The position numbers were made by a program, and so were the translations under genes. From Candidatus Methylomirabilis limnetica (GTDB lineage: Bacteria; Methylomirabilota; Methylomirabilia; Methylomirabilales; Methylomirabilaceae), in assembly GCF_003044035.1 (NCBI RefSeq), contig NZ_NVQC01000037.1:1-6926 (forward strand): a stretch of 6,926 nucleotides of DNA, written 5' to 3'. This document shows, one piece after another, positions 1-6,288 of this stretch. Position 1 is the stretch's first letter. Each line of letters starts with the position of its first letter. Below the pieces are notes generated by a model that saw only the letters and a list, made by a program, of their open reading frames with translations, made no database searches and was not told the origin of the DNA.

Positions 1-15
1 CGGATTTCGACCGCA

Positions 16-44
16 GCATGGAAAAGCCTCCGGCTTTCCCATGC
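16..44. other. Near-perfect 13-bp inverted repeat (GCATGGAAAAGCC-TCC-GGCTTTCCCATGC) that could form a stem-loop; function unknown
   Basis: Read directly. 12 of 13 arm positions are complementary, with a single A/C mismatch at 22/38. The loop is 3 nt (29-31), and one extra A-T pair is possible at 15/45. No T-run follows on either strand, so it is not a canonical intrinsic terminator. Confidence 0.6.
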
Positions 45-907
45 TTCCCACAGGCCCGACTATCACTGAACAGAGGTGGGTTCCTTTTGCTTTATCACGG
101 TGGGTCCCTTTTGCGTTGTCAAAACGACTTAATATCGGGATTGCTAACGCAACAGGCGAAATCATTATGCGAATGGACGCCCATAGTACGTATCCACCTA
201 GTTATGTTTCGGGGCTCGTTGGGTGGCTTGAAAGGACCCACGCGGACAACGTCGGAGGGGTCTGGATTACCGTGCCGGCCAGGCAGACGCTTGTGGCCGA
301 GGCCATTGCACTTGCCCTATCTAATCCGTTTGGCGTAGGCAATGCATGCTTTAGGATCGGAGTGAAAGAGCCCAGATGGGTTGATACGGTTCCGTTTGGT
401 TGTTATAGAAGAGAGGTGTTTGACCATGTTGGAATGTTTGATGAACGACTAGTCCGTAACCAGGACATTGAATTCAACTCGCGCTTACGAGGGGCTGGCG
501 GAAAGATTTTTCTTACGCCAGAGATATACTCGTACTACTACTGCCGCGTCGGCCTCTGGGGACTGTGGAAGCAAAACTTTCAGAATGGTCAGTGGAACAT
601 CTACACCATCGCTCTGACAGGATGGTCGCTCTCTTGGCGACATTTCTTGCCGCTCGGCTTCGTGGCTGGGCTGGTAGGCAGTGGCGGCTTGGCACTTGAA
701 TTCCCCACCTTCGTATGGTTGTTTGGAGCCATCGTTGTGGCCTACCTCGTGAGCGCAATGACCGCTGCTCTGGGAAGCTCCAAGGGGAGACATGCGAGTT
801 TGCGGGTGCTGCTGCCGGTTGTATTCCTCGTGCTGCATTTGAGCTACGGCCTCGGCTCGCTGTGGGGAATCACGACGCTCGCTAGGGTGTGGCGCTATGG
901 AAATTGA
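41..907 (+). CDS. Family 2 glycosyltransferase (GT-A fold) comprising the catalytic core and C-terminal membrane helices. The canonical N-terminal ~75 aa are absent or replaced, so it may be 5'-truncated or a pseudogene.
   Basis: From nt ~122 the translation reads KRLNIGIANATGEIIMRMDAH (D-x-H at nt 176-184) ... ADNVGG ... PFGVGNACFRIG ... VDTVPFGCYRREVF ... VRNQDIEFNSRL ... YYY. This is the typical GT2 subfamily pattern, followed by 2-3 hydrophobic helices (LPLGFVAGLVG..., FVWLFGAIVVAYLV..., LLPVVFLVLHL...). The frame is open back to nt 2, but that part is not GT2-like. ATG 41 is only the first Met in the frame. Confidence 0.75.
   Translation: MLPTGPTITEQRWVPFALSRWVPFALSKRLNIGIANATGEIIMRMDAHSTYPPSYVSGLVGWLERTHADNVGGVWITVPARQTLVAEAIALALSNPFGVGNACFRIGVKEPRWVDTVPFGCYRREVFDHVGMFDERLVRNQDIEFNSRLRGAGGKIFLTPEIYSYYYCRVGLWGLWKQNFQNGQWNIYTIALTGWSLSWRHFLPLGFVAGLVGSGGLALEFPTFVWLFGAIVVAYLVSAMTAALGSSKGRHASLRVLLPVVFLVLHLSYGLGSLWGITTLARVWRYGN
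75..122. repeat. Two tandem 24-bp direct repeats (GGTGGGTTCCTTTTGCTTTATCAC / GGTGGGTCCCTTTTGCGTTGTCAA) with no spacer
   Basis: Read directly: 20/24 identical positions. The repeats are in frame with the downstream ORF and encode RWVPFALS twice. They end exactly where GT2 homology (KRLNIGI...) begins. The repeat itself is certain; its meaning is not. Confidence 0.8.
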
Positions 908-2075
908 GGCGTTCTCATGGTTAAAGGATACTTGTGATGCCGCCGTTGGTTCAGATGTGTGCACATTTTGGAAGGGACGGGTAGCTCTTTATGCCATCTT
1001 GAAGGCCATGGGGGTACGGCGTGGGGATATCGTGTTAGTGCCCGGTTACACGTGTGTAGTCGTTCCAGCGGCAGTTCATTTCTTGGGTGCGAGTCCGCTC
1101 TACGTGGATATTGATCCCGAGACATACAACATCTCGATTAGGCAACTTGAGGCAACGGTCCAAGCGGATGCTGAAGGAAGCGTCAAGGCCGTTGTGCTCC
1201 AGCACACATACGGGCTTCCGGCTGATACTGCAGCGGTTGTCCAGTGGGCGGGGGAGCGTGGCATTGCAGTTGTCGAGGACTGCGCTCATGCCGTGGGCAG
1301 TCGCTATCGGGATGTTGCTGGGGAGTGGCGAGAGGTCGGGACGCTAGGGGATGCAGGCTTCTTCAGTGGACAGTGGTCAAAGCCGTTGACGACGGGCCTG
1401 GGAGGATGGGCCGTCGCGAGTAATCCGGAGGTGGCGGAGCGGATTCGAAAATTCCATGCGGTTGAGTGTGTTGCCCCCGCCACACAGGAAGTCGCGAGGT
1501 TGGCGGTACAGCTTCTTGCGTACCATGCGCTGGTGTGGCCGTCGCTTTACTGGATGGCCTTGAGAAGCTACCGACTGTTAGCACGGACCGGCCTGTTCGT
1601 GGGCTCCTCAACCGAAGGTGAACTGGCAGGTGTCATGCCCATCGATTATGCTAAGCGGATGTCCGGCCTTCAGAAATGGGTTGCTAGGAGGAAGATCGCG
1701 AATCTAAGCCGCGTGCTAGACCATCGGCGGAGGCTGAAGCGTCTGTATGATGATGCCCTTGTGGGAGCTGGTCTACCGATCTTCCGAATACCAGCATACG
1801 CCGACCCGATATTGCTTCGCTACCCGGTCCGGGTAGCGAATAAGGAGCGAGTTCTTGCCGAGGCGTGTCGACTCCACATCGAACTGGGAGACTGGTTTGA
1901 CCATCCCCTTCACCCCAAGGGGGCCAATGTCGCAATTCTTGGGTGGCGGGACGGAATGTGTCCCGAGGGCGAGTGGGCGGCGCGGGAGGTGGTGAATTTT
2001 CCGATGCACTCGCGGATCGGGGAACGCGATGTCGAGCGTGCCGTGCGATTCCTGATGCCTTATGCGATCGGCTGA
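897..2075 (+). CDS. DegT/DnrJ/EryC1/StrS-family PLP-dependent sugar aminotransferase (or dehydratase-type homolog)
   Basis: Family pattern: GDIVLVPGYTCVVVPAAV..GASPLYVDIDPETYNI ... VKAVVLQHTYGLPAD ... IAVVEDCAHAVGS ... VGTLGDAGFFSGQWSKPLTTGLGG. The candidate PLP lysine is K162 (AAG, nt 1380-1382). ATG 897 overlaps the GT2 stop (905-907) by 11 nt, which suggests translational coupling. Confidence 0.85.
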   Translation: MEIEAFSWLKDTCDAAVGSDVCTFWKGRVALYAILKAMGVRRGDIVLVPGYTCVVVPAAVHFLGASPLYVDIDPETYNISIRQLEATVQADAEGSVKAVVLQHTYGLPADTAAVVQWAGERGIAVVEDCAHAVGSRYRDVAGEWREVGTLGDAGFFSGQWSKPLTTGLGGWAVASNPEVAERIRKFHAVECVAPATQEVARLAVQLLAYHALVWPSLYWMALRSYRLLARTGLFVGSSTEGELAGVMPIDYAKRMSGLQKWVARRKIANLSRVLDHRRRLKRLYDDALVGAGLPIFRIPAYADPILLRYPVRVANKERVLAEACRLHIELGDWFDHPLHPKGANVAILGWRDGMCPEGEWAAREVVNFPMHSRIGERDVERAVRFLMPYAIG

Positions 2076-2185
2076 CATGACATGATAAGATGAAAGTTAA
2101 GGCTTGGCTCGAATAGTTCGGCCGGAGATACAGTAAGGTTTAGCGATTGCAGGCGGAAGTTATCAAACGCTCCGTGATGGTCTAG

Positions 2186-3115
2186 ATGAACCAAGTCCAT
2201 GACAAGTCCATAAAGAAACGCCTTGCGGCTCTTCCCGGCGTTATTCCTCTGGTCCGAATCTTCAAAAATGTCTACTGGGGGCTTCGACATCGCCTTCGCC
2301 TCGGGACCTACAATCTCGATGGCGTTACTCACCTTCACAAGGGAGTCACAGAAAGCGTGGCCTATGTGGTCACCGTATTCGAGGACTATTTCAAATTTGG
2401 TAGCATCGAGAAACAGGCCTTCGAAGAGAAAGATATCCTTGAGATTGGACCAGGGGATTCCCTTGGCGTGGCCTTGATGATGGTCGGTCTAGGGGTAAAG
2501 CAGGTCGTCTGCATCGACAGATTCTTTACCTATCGTGATCCGGACAAAGAATATGCCATCCTGGCCGCGTTAGTGGAGGCCGCACCCCCGCTTGCCAAGG
2601 AAAGAATGAATCGTTGCCTCGGTAACAATTACGGCATTGTCGGAGATGCCATTCGCTATTTACCGGATGTCCCCATCGAGGAGGCAGTGGCCGCACTCGG
2701 AGAGGTTCGATTTGACTACATCATTTCCAGAGCGGTGCTCGAGCATGTGTACGATATCGAAGAAACGTACGCTTGCTGTAGGAAGCTGATCCGTGACGGC
2801 GGCCGAATGATTCATAAGGTAGATCTCCATAACCACTCCAGCATAGAGCTTCACCCTTTGCAATTTCTTACTTACAGCGAGGGTTTGTGGCGCCTGATGT
2901 CATCGAATATCAGCCGCGTCAACCGATGCCGTTGGCCACAGCACAGAGCTGCGCTTGAAAAGAACCGGTTTGTTATCGAAAAATTCGAACCGACGAAAAT
3001 GCTCAGTTTATCGGAGGTCCAGTCCATCCGATCGAGACTACGCTCTCCCTTTCTCGAGATGACTGACGAAGATCTGAGTCTCAACGGTTTCTTCGTGGTC
3101 TGCCGAGCCGTGTAA
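2186..3115 (+). CDS. Class I SAM-dependent methyltransferase
   Basis: SAM-binding motif I LEIGPGDSLG is at aa 85-94 (nt 2438-2467), followed by VVCIDRF. The post-motif region is FDYIISRAVLEHVYD...LIRDGGRMI. An in-frame TAG sits immediately upstream (2183-2185), so ATG 2186 is the first possible start. No obvious Shine-Dalgarno sequence is present. Confidence 0.85.
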   Translation: MNQVHDKSIKKRLAALPGVIPLVRIFKNVYWGLRHRLRLGTYNLDGVTHLHKGVTESVAYVVTVFEDYFKFGSIEKQAFEEKDILEIGPGDSLGVALMMVGLGVKQVVCIDRFFTYRDPDKEYAILAALVEAAPPLAKERMNRCLGNNYGIVGDAIRYLPDVPIEEAVAALGEVRFDYIISRAVLEHVYDIEETYACCRKLIRDGGRMIHKVDLHNHSSIELHPLQFLTYSEGLWRLMSSNISRVNRCRWPQHRAALEKNRFVIEKFEPTKMLSLSEVQSIRSRLRSPFLEMTDEDLSLNGFFVVCRAV

Positions 3116-3173
3116 AGTACCGCTAGTCCATCTGTGACTGATACCTAATGGAGCCACAGAGAAACCGACGCCC

Positions 3174-4760
3174 ATGAGATCTATTAGAGGTCCAGAGAAG
3201 TCAAGTCGGCGAGACGAAGCGACGAGTTTACATCTGTTTCAACCTCCGCTCTATCAGGACCCAACTGGCATTTGGCACAGATCCTACAGCGATGCTCTTG
3301 CCGGATGCGATAGACGATTAACATGGGATCCTGCCGCTATTTTGTCCCTCCTGTCGTTCGGCTACGTTTGTGGTGATCGTACACTGGTGCGTGAGATTCG
3401 GCGCAGGCCGTGGCTGTCGCATATCGAGGACGACGGAAGGGTTCGCCTCGAGAGGATCCCGCCGCATGACACGTTGTGGCCGCCATATTCGGAAATCGCC
3501 GCTAATTTGGTCTCCTTACTCTGCGAAGAAGCGTTGGATGTGTGTCGGGAACGCAATGAGATTTACTTGCTCCTGTCTGGTGGGTTGGATAGTCGAATCA
3601 TCGCAGGTGTTGTCGCGAAGTTATATCGTGAAGGTAGACTGCAATCTAAGCCAATTGCGCTGACCTGGGGGCTGGAGAAGTCACGCGATGTTGTATATGC
3701 TCGAGCAGTTGCAGATCTTCTTAATTTTCATTGGGAGCACATTGCTATCGTACCCGAAGATGTTGCTCAGAACATTGAGGCCACTGCGCTGCTGCTCGGC
3801 TGCCTTGTCGCGCCAGAGCACTTGCATCGGATGACCTGGTTCAAGAATGTCTCTAGAGGCGCCCTTGTATTAGCCGGCAGTTACGGCGATTCCGTAGGGC
3901 GAGCGGAGTTTAGCGGCCGCCATGTTCTGGAACTCGATGGCTTGCATCCAGCAAATTTCCTAGGATTACTCAGCCCCGAGGTCGCTGCTCTTGCCTCTGA
4001 GGGCGTATTGGCGGATATTACAGCTTTACATGATCGTGCACCTGGACAGCCAGGCTATGTAGTGTTAGAGCATGAAATGCATGGACAGTATATGCGTGGC
4101 ATGATCGCGCATGCTATGAGCATCATCAATCATTACTGCACAGTATACCAGATGTTCACGCACCCGAAGGTCTACGCCTATATGTGGTCAATTCATCCGG
4201 CACGTCGGACGGACTATATCTACGAGGAGGCGCTGGAGCAACTTGACAAGAGATTAGCGAGACTGCCATGGGCCCGAACCAACCGAGCGTTACGCGGTAG
4301 AACGATGGGTGCACGAGCCGGCTTATTGCCGAACTTTGCTGAATACGCTGCCTGGACAAGCGGACCGCTCTTTAAGAAACTCCAGGCGTACATCGACCCC
4401 GAATGGTTTGCCGAAACATGTCTGTTTGACCCAAATAGAATCCGAGAGTTGAGCCACCTCGTTCAGGGGGCTGTAGGAAGCCACTGGATCTATGGCTACA
4501 GGCCCCATCAGATCTGGGTGTGGTTGGCCTGTTTCAGACGCTTCGCGGAATGGGTTGATCAGGGCGGAAAGAGCGTTAACTCGGATTTTAGCGCCCCCCC
4601 CAATGCCCCCGCTGGTATCGCGAGTGTCCCATGCGATCAGAGGAGTAAGATCCGGCGTTTCTTTAGCGGAGTTAGAGTGCTACATCGGATTGTCCAGCGA
4701 GTGCGCAGGCATGTACTTAGGCGTCTGGCTGTTCGGAAGTATCCACCGCGGCAGTCGTGA
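3174..4760 (+). CDS. Asparagine-synthetase-like (AsnB C-terminal domain) PP-loop ATP pyrophosphatase or amidoligase lacking the N-terminal glutaminase domain
   Basis: The PP-loop motif SGGLDS is at aa 135-140 (nt 3576-3593), in the context IYLLLSGGLDSRIIAGV. The upstream segment LLSFGYVCGDRTLVREIRRRPW resembles the AsnB-family interdomain motif. Residue 2 is Arg rather than the catalytic Cys, and only ~130 aa precede the PP-loop. Confidence 0.8.
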   Translation: MRSIRGPEKSSRRDEATSLHLFQPPLYQDPTGIWHRSYSDALAGCDRRLTWDPAAILSLLSFGYVCGDRTLVREIRRRPWLSHIEDDGRVRLERIPPHDTLWPPYSEIAANLVSLLCEEALDVCRERNEIYLLLSGGLDSRIIAGVVAKLYREGRLQSKPIALTWGLEKSRDVVYARAVADLLNFHWEHIAIVPEDVAQNIEATALLLGCLVAPEHLHRMTWFKNVSRGALVLAGSYGDSVGRAEFSGRHVLELDGLHPANFLGLLSPEVAALASEGVLADITALHDRAPGQPGYVVLEHEMHGQYMRGMIAHAMSIINHYCTVYQMFTHPKVYAYMWSIHPARRTDYIYEEALEQLDKRLARLPWARTNRALRGRTMGARAGLLPNFAEYAAWTSGPLFKKLQAYIDPEWFAETCLFDPNRIRELSHLVQGAVGSHWIYGYRPHQIWVWLACFRRFAEWVDQGGKSVNSDFSAPPNAPAGIASVPCDQRSKIRRFFSGVRVLHRIVQRVRRHVLRRLAVRKYPPRQS

Positions 4761-4811
4761 TCACCATGTCTCGTCCCCTATCTGTGATTCTGTCGCTGGT
4801 TCACTCTTGGT

Positions 4812-6071
4812 TCATGGCGAAGGATTGGCGAATTCAAAGGCCCCAATATCGTCGCCTCTCCCCTGCGGGCGCAGAGTACCCGCAATGTCCGTAGTCACTA
4901 GGCTGACGGCAATGCCGGCATCAATCGCCAGACTACCTGGTTGGAGGCGAAAATCGGCCGCTGCCGCATTGACGAACTGCGGGTCGATGCCTACGAGATT
5001 GCGGTCAATGACGGAGCCGGTCCCGCTATCCTGAATCTCTGGAGTGCCATTCATGTAGGCAATGTTGTTCTGCACTATAGCTCCGGTACCAGACTCCACT
5101 AAGATGCCATAGTCCGTATTATTGTATGTTGTATTGTTGTAGACCTTACTGTTCGTGGGGCTACTAAAGTTGACGCGGATGCCTCCCCTATTACCCCAAA
5201 CAACATTATTGTACGCGACGTTCCCATCGCCTGAACCGAGGAGGATTCCTCGCCAGCCATTGGTGAAGACCGCGTTGTTTCTCACAATATTACTGTCGGT
5301 TCGCCGGTCATACCCATTGTAGAGATGCACGCCGTAGCCTGCGTTGTGGTGGACTGAGCAGTGTTCCACTACATTGTGACTGGACTGGATGTAGAAGCCG
5401 TGGTCATAAGAGGTCAGACCATTATGATGGACGTTGAGGTTAATGAATTCATTCCAATCAACACCAACTCCTGCTATTAACACCCCTTGTTTGTGCGCTC
5501 CGGCATTGTATAGAGTAGCATTTCGAACTTCACTGTTTTTAATTCGGATATGATGAGCTGAAGTTGTTGGATCACCAGACACCGACCAAGTGATTTTTAT
5601 AACATCGTAGCCTACATTAGTGCCGTCGAGGATCAGCCCATCAATGATGATGTACTGCTGAGTACCCTGGAAGAGGAGGACAAATTCGGCCCCAGGATCG
5701 GGCTTGAGGGTCACGGTGTGGCCTGGCGCGGCGGCCACCGTGACGGGGCTGTCCCAAGACGTCCCTGGCGGGATTGAGTGAATCAGCGCCTCGGCGTAGG
5801 TGCCGCTCATGATGTAGAGCGTATCCCCTGGTGTCAGCACGCTGACGCCGTGTGAGATCGTGCGGAAGGGTAGAGCGTCAGTACCGGGGTTCGCGTCGCT
5901 GCCGGTGGTGGCGACGTAGTAGGGAAGTCCTGGGCTGTGGGTGGACCATGGTGCGGGCAGTAGGGCGCCGGTTTTTGACCTGCTCAGATGGCCAACTGAG
6001 CATCCCCAAAGAACGCCGGCGATAGCAAGCGAAATCCCGACGAGACCAATGTTGCGAAGGCACCTACACAT
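4812..6071 (-). CDS. Secreted or lipoprotein right-handed parallel beta-helix repeat protein (pectate-lyase fold), a candidate polysaccharide lyase, hydrolase or epimerase
   Basis: The signature N-terminal cap is YYVATTGSDANPGTDALPFRTISHGVSVLTPGDTLYIMSGTY. Multiple PbH1-like turns follow (NSEVRNATLYN, HNVVEHCSVHHN, NIVRNNAVFTN, NVAYNNVVWGN, KVYNNTTYNN, AIVQNNIAYMN). The C-terminal motif is DPQFVNAAAADFRLQPGSLAIDAG...RGDDIGAFEF. I prefer the start at Met46 of the tracked ORF (complement of 6069-6071). It gives MCRCLRNIGLVGISLAIAGVLWGC, an n-region plus h-region plus lipobox-like LWGC. The longest ORF reaches 6206 and adds a 45-aa Arg/Ser/Pro-rich tail, so the start is uncertain. Confidence 0.8.
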   Translation of the reverse strand: MCRCLRNIGLVGISLAIAGVLWGCSVGHLSRSKTGALLPAPWSTHSPGLPYYVATTGSDANPGTDALPFRTISHGVSVLTPGDTLYIMSGTYAEALIHSIPPGTSWDSPVTVAAAPGHTVTLKPDPGAEFVLLFQGTQQYIIIDGLILDGTNVGYDVIKITWSVSGDPTTSAHHIRIKNSEVRNATLYNAGAHKQGVLIAGVGVDWNEFINLNVHHNGLTSYDHGFYIQSSHNVVEHCSVHHNAGYGVHLYNGYDRRTDSNIVRNNAVFTNGWRGILLGSGDGNVAYNNVVWGNRGGIRVNFSSPTNSKVYNNTTYNNTDYGILVESGTGAIVQNNIAYMNGTPEIQDSGTGSVIDRNLVGIDPQFVNAAAADFRLQPGSLAIDAGIAVSLVTTDIAGTLRPQGRGDDIGAFEFANPSP

Positions 6072-6153
6072 AGGCCTGACCAATTGCCGTTGATGGGGTG
6101 ACCTGGGTAGTCTTTGGCTTTTACGCGCGCGAGGAGCTGACTTCTCAGACGGT

Positions 6154-6182
6154 ACTCTAGCGCGCCGCTGGTGCGAGATCAA
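6154..6182 (-). promoter_or_regulatory. Candidate sigma70-type promoter for the beta-helix gene (TTGATC-N17-TAGAGT on the minus strand)
   Basis: Read on the reverse complement. The -35 TTGATC is the complement of 6177-6182 and the -10 TAGAGT is the complement of 6154-6159, with a 17-nt spacer. Each hexamer matches consensus at 4/6 positions. If real, the Met1 (6206) start would lie upstream of the transcript, which favours Met46. Confidence 0.25.
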
Positions 6183-6233
6183 GGCGCATCTGCGGGAGGG
6201 GTGCACGACATAAAAGTGAGGCTGCTTAGGGAG

Positions 6234-6262
6234 TTGCAGTGGGCGCGGGCTTGGGGTATAAT
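6234..6262 (+). promoter_or_regulatory. Near-consensus sigma70 promoter upstream of the IS transposase (TTGCAG-N17-TATAAT)
   Basis: The -35 TTGCAG is at 6234-6239. The spacer is exactly 17 nt (6240-6256). The -10 is a perfect TATAAT at 6257-6262. It lies about 37 nt upstream of ATG 6299. Confidence 0.55.
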
Positions 6263-6288
6263 TCTGACAGTCTTATTAACTGTCAGAA
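6262..6288. promoter_or_regulatory. Perfect 9-bp inverted repeat TTCTGACAG-N9-CTGTCAGAA between the -10 box and the RBS; candidate operator or IS subterminal site
   Basis: Read directly. The arms are 6262-6270 and 6280-6288, with a 9-nt AT-rich spacer TCTTATTAA. The left arm overlaps the last base of the -10 and the predicted transcription start. The right arm runs into the RBS AAGGAGG (6288-6294). Confidence 0.5.

Noticed and set aside
75-122. The tandem 24-bp repeats as a CRISPR array
   Set aside because: There are only two copies, and they are directly adjacent with no spacer. No further repeats occur downstream and no cas genes are in view.
485-964. Antisense or overlapping ORFs: 485-964(-), 513-758(-), 18-338(+), 1035-1289(-), 1363-1611(-), 1684-1935(-), 1773-2078(-), 2060-2338(-), 2223-2477(+), 2660-2863(-), 2872-3084(-), 3362-3556(-), 3370-3663(+), 4156-4359(-), 4323-4508(-), 4492-5034(+), 5878-6063(-), 6171-6374(+), 6625-6903(-), 6630-6827(-)
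   Set aside because: All lie inside or opposite genes with clear family signatures. Their translations are Arg/Ser/Pro-rich low-complexity sequences with no motifs, as expected for shadow ORFs in GC-biased coding DNA.
2073-2093. A cluster of stop codons in all three frames (TGA 2073, TGA 2078, TGA 2083, TAA 2086, TGA 2091) formed by the TGACATGACATGATAAGATGA string after the aminotransferase gene
   Set aside because: It is a short, imperfect ATGAC repeat at a gene end. There is no accompanying structure or conservation evidence, so it is most simply AT-rich intergenic sequence.
2106-2123. A small hairpin (GGCTCGAA-TAG-TTCGGCC) in the 110-nt gap upstream of the methyltransferase, considered as a terminator or attenuator
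   Set aside because: The stem is only 7 bp with a bulge, and no T-run follows. I also found no convincing -35/-10 pair in the gap. It is insufficient to call a regulatory element.
3148-3177. A 9-codon upstream ORF (MEPQRNRRP) whose TGA overlaps the ATG of the AsnB-like gene (ATGA)
   Set aside because: It has no Shine-Dalgarno sequence or other support. It is very short and is compatible with chance in a 58-nt spacer.
3174-4760. The AsnB-like enzyme as a lasso-peptide cyclase or other RiPP maturase, with the adjacent methyltransferase as a tailoring enzyme
   Set aside because: The window has no transglutaminase-like leader peptidase (B protein), no PqqD-like RRE, no ABC exporter and no plausible short precursor ORF with an RBS. 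The flanking GT2, DegT and beta-helix genes point to glycan chemistry instead.
6172-6206. A twin-arginine (Tat) signal suggested by PSRRCALIS at the start of the longest beta-helix ORF
   Set aside because: The RR is not followed by a hydrophobic h-region; the next residues are HQRRARVPSEKS. The real hydrophobic segment begins about 50 residues later and fits a Sec or lipoprotein signal from Met46.
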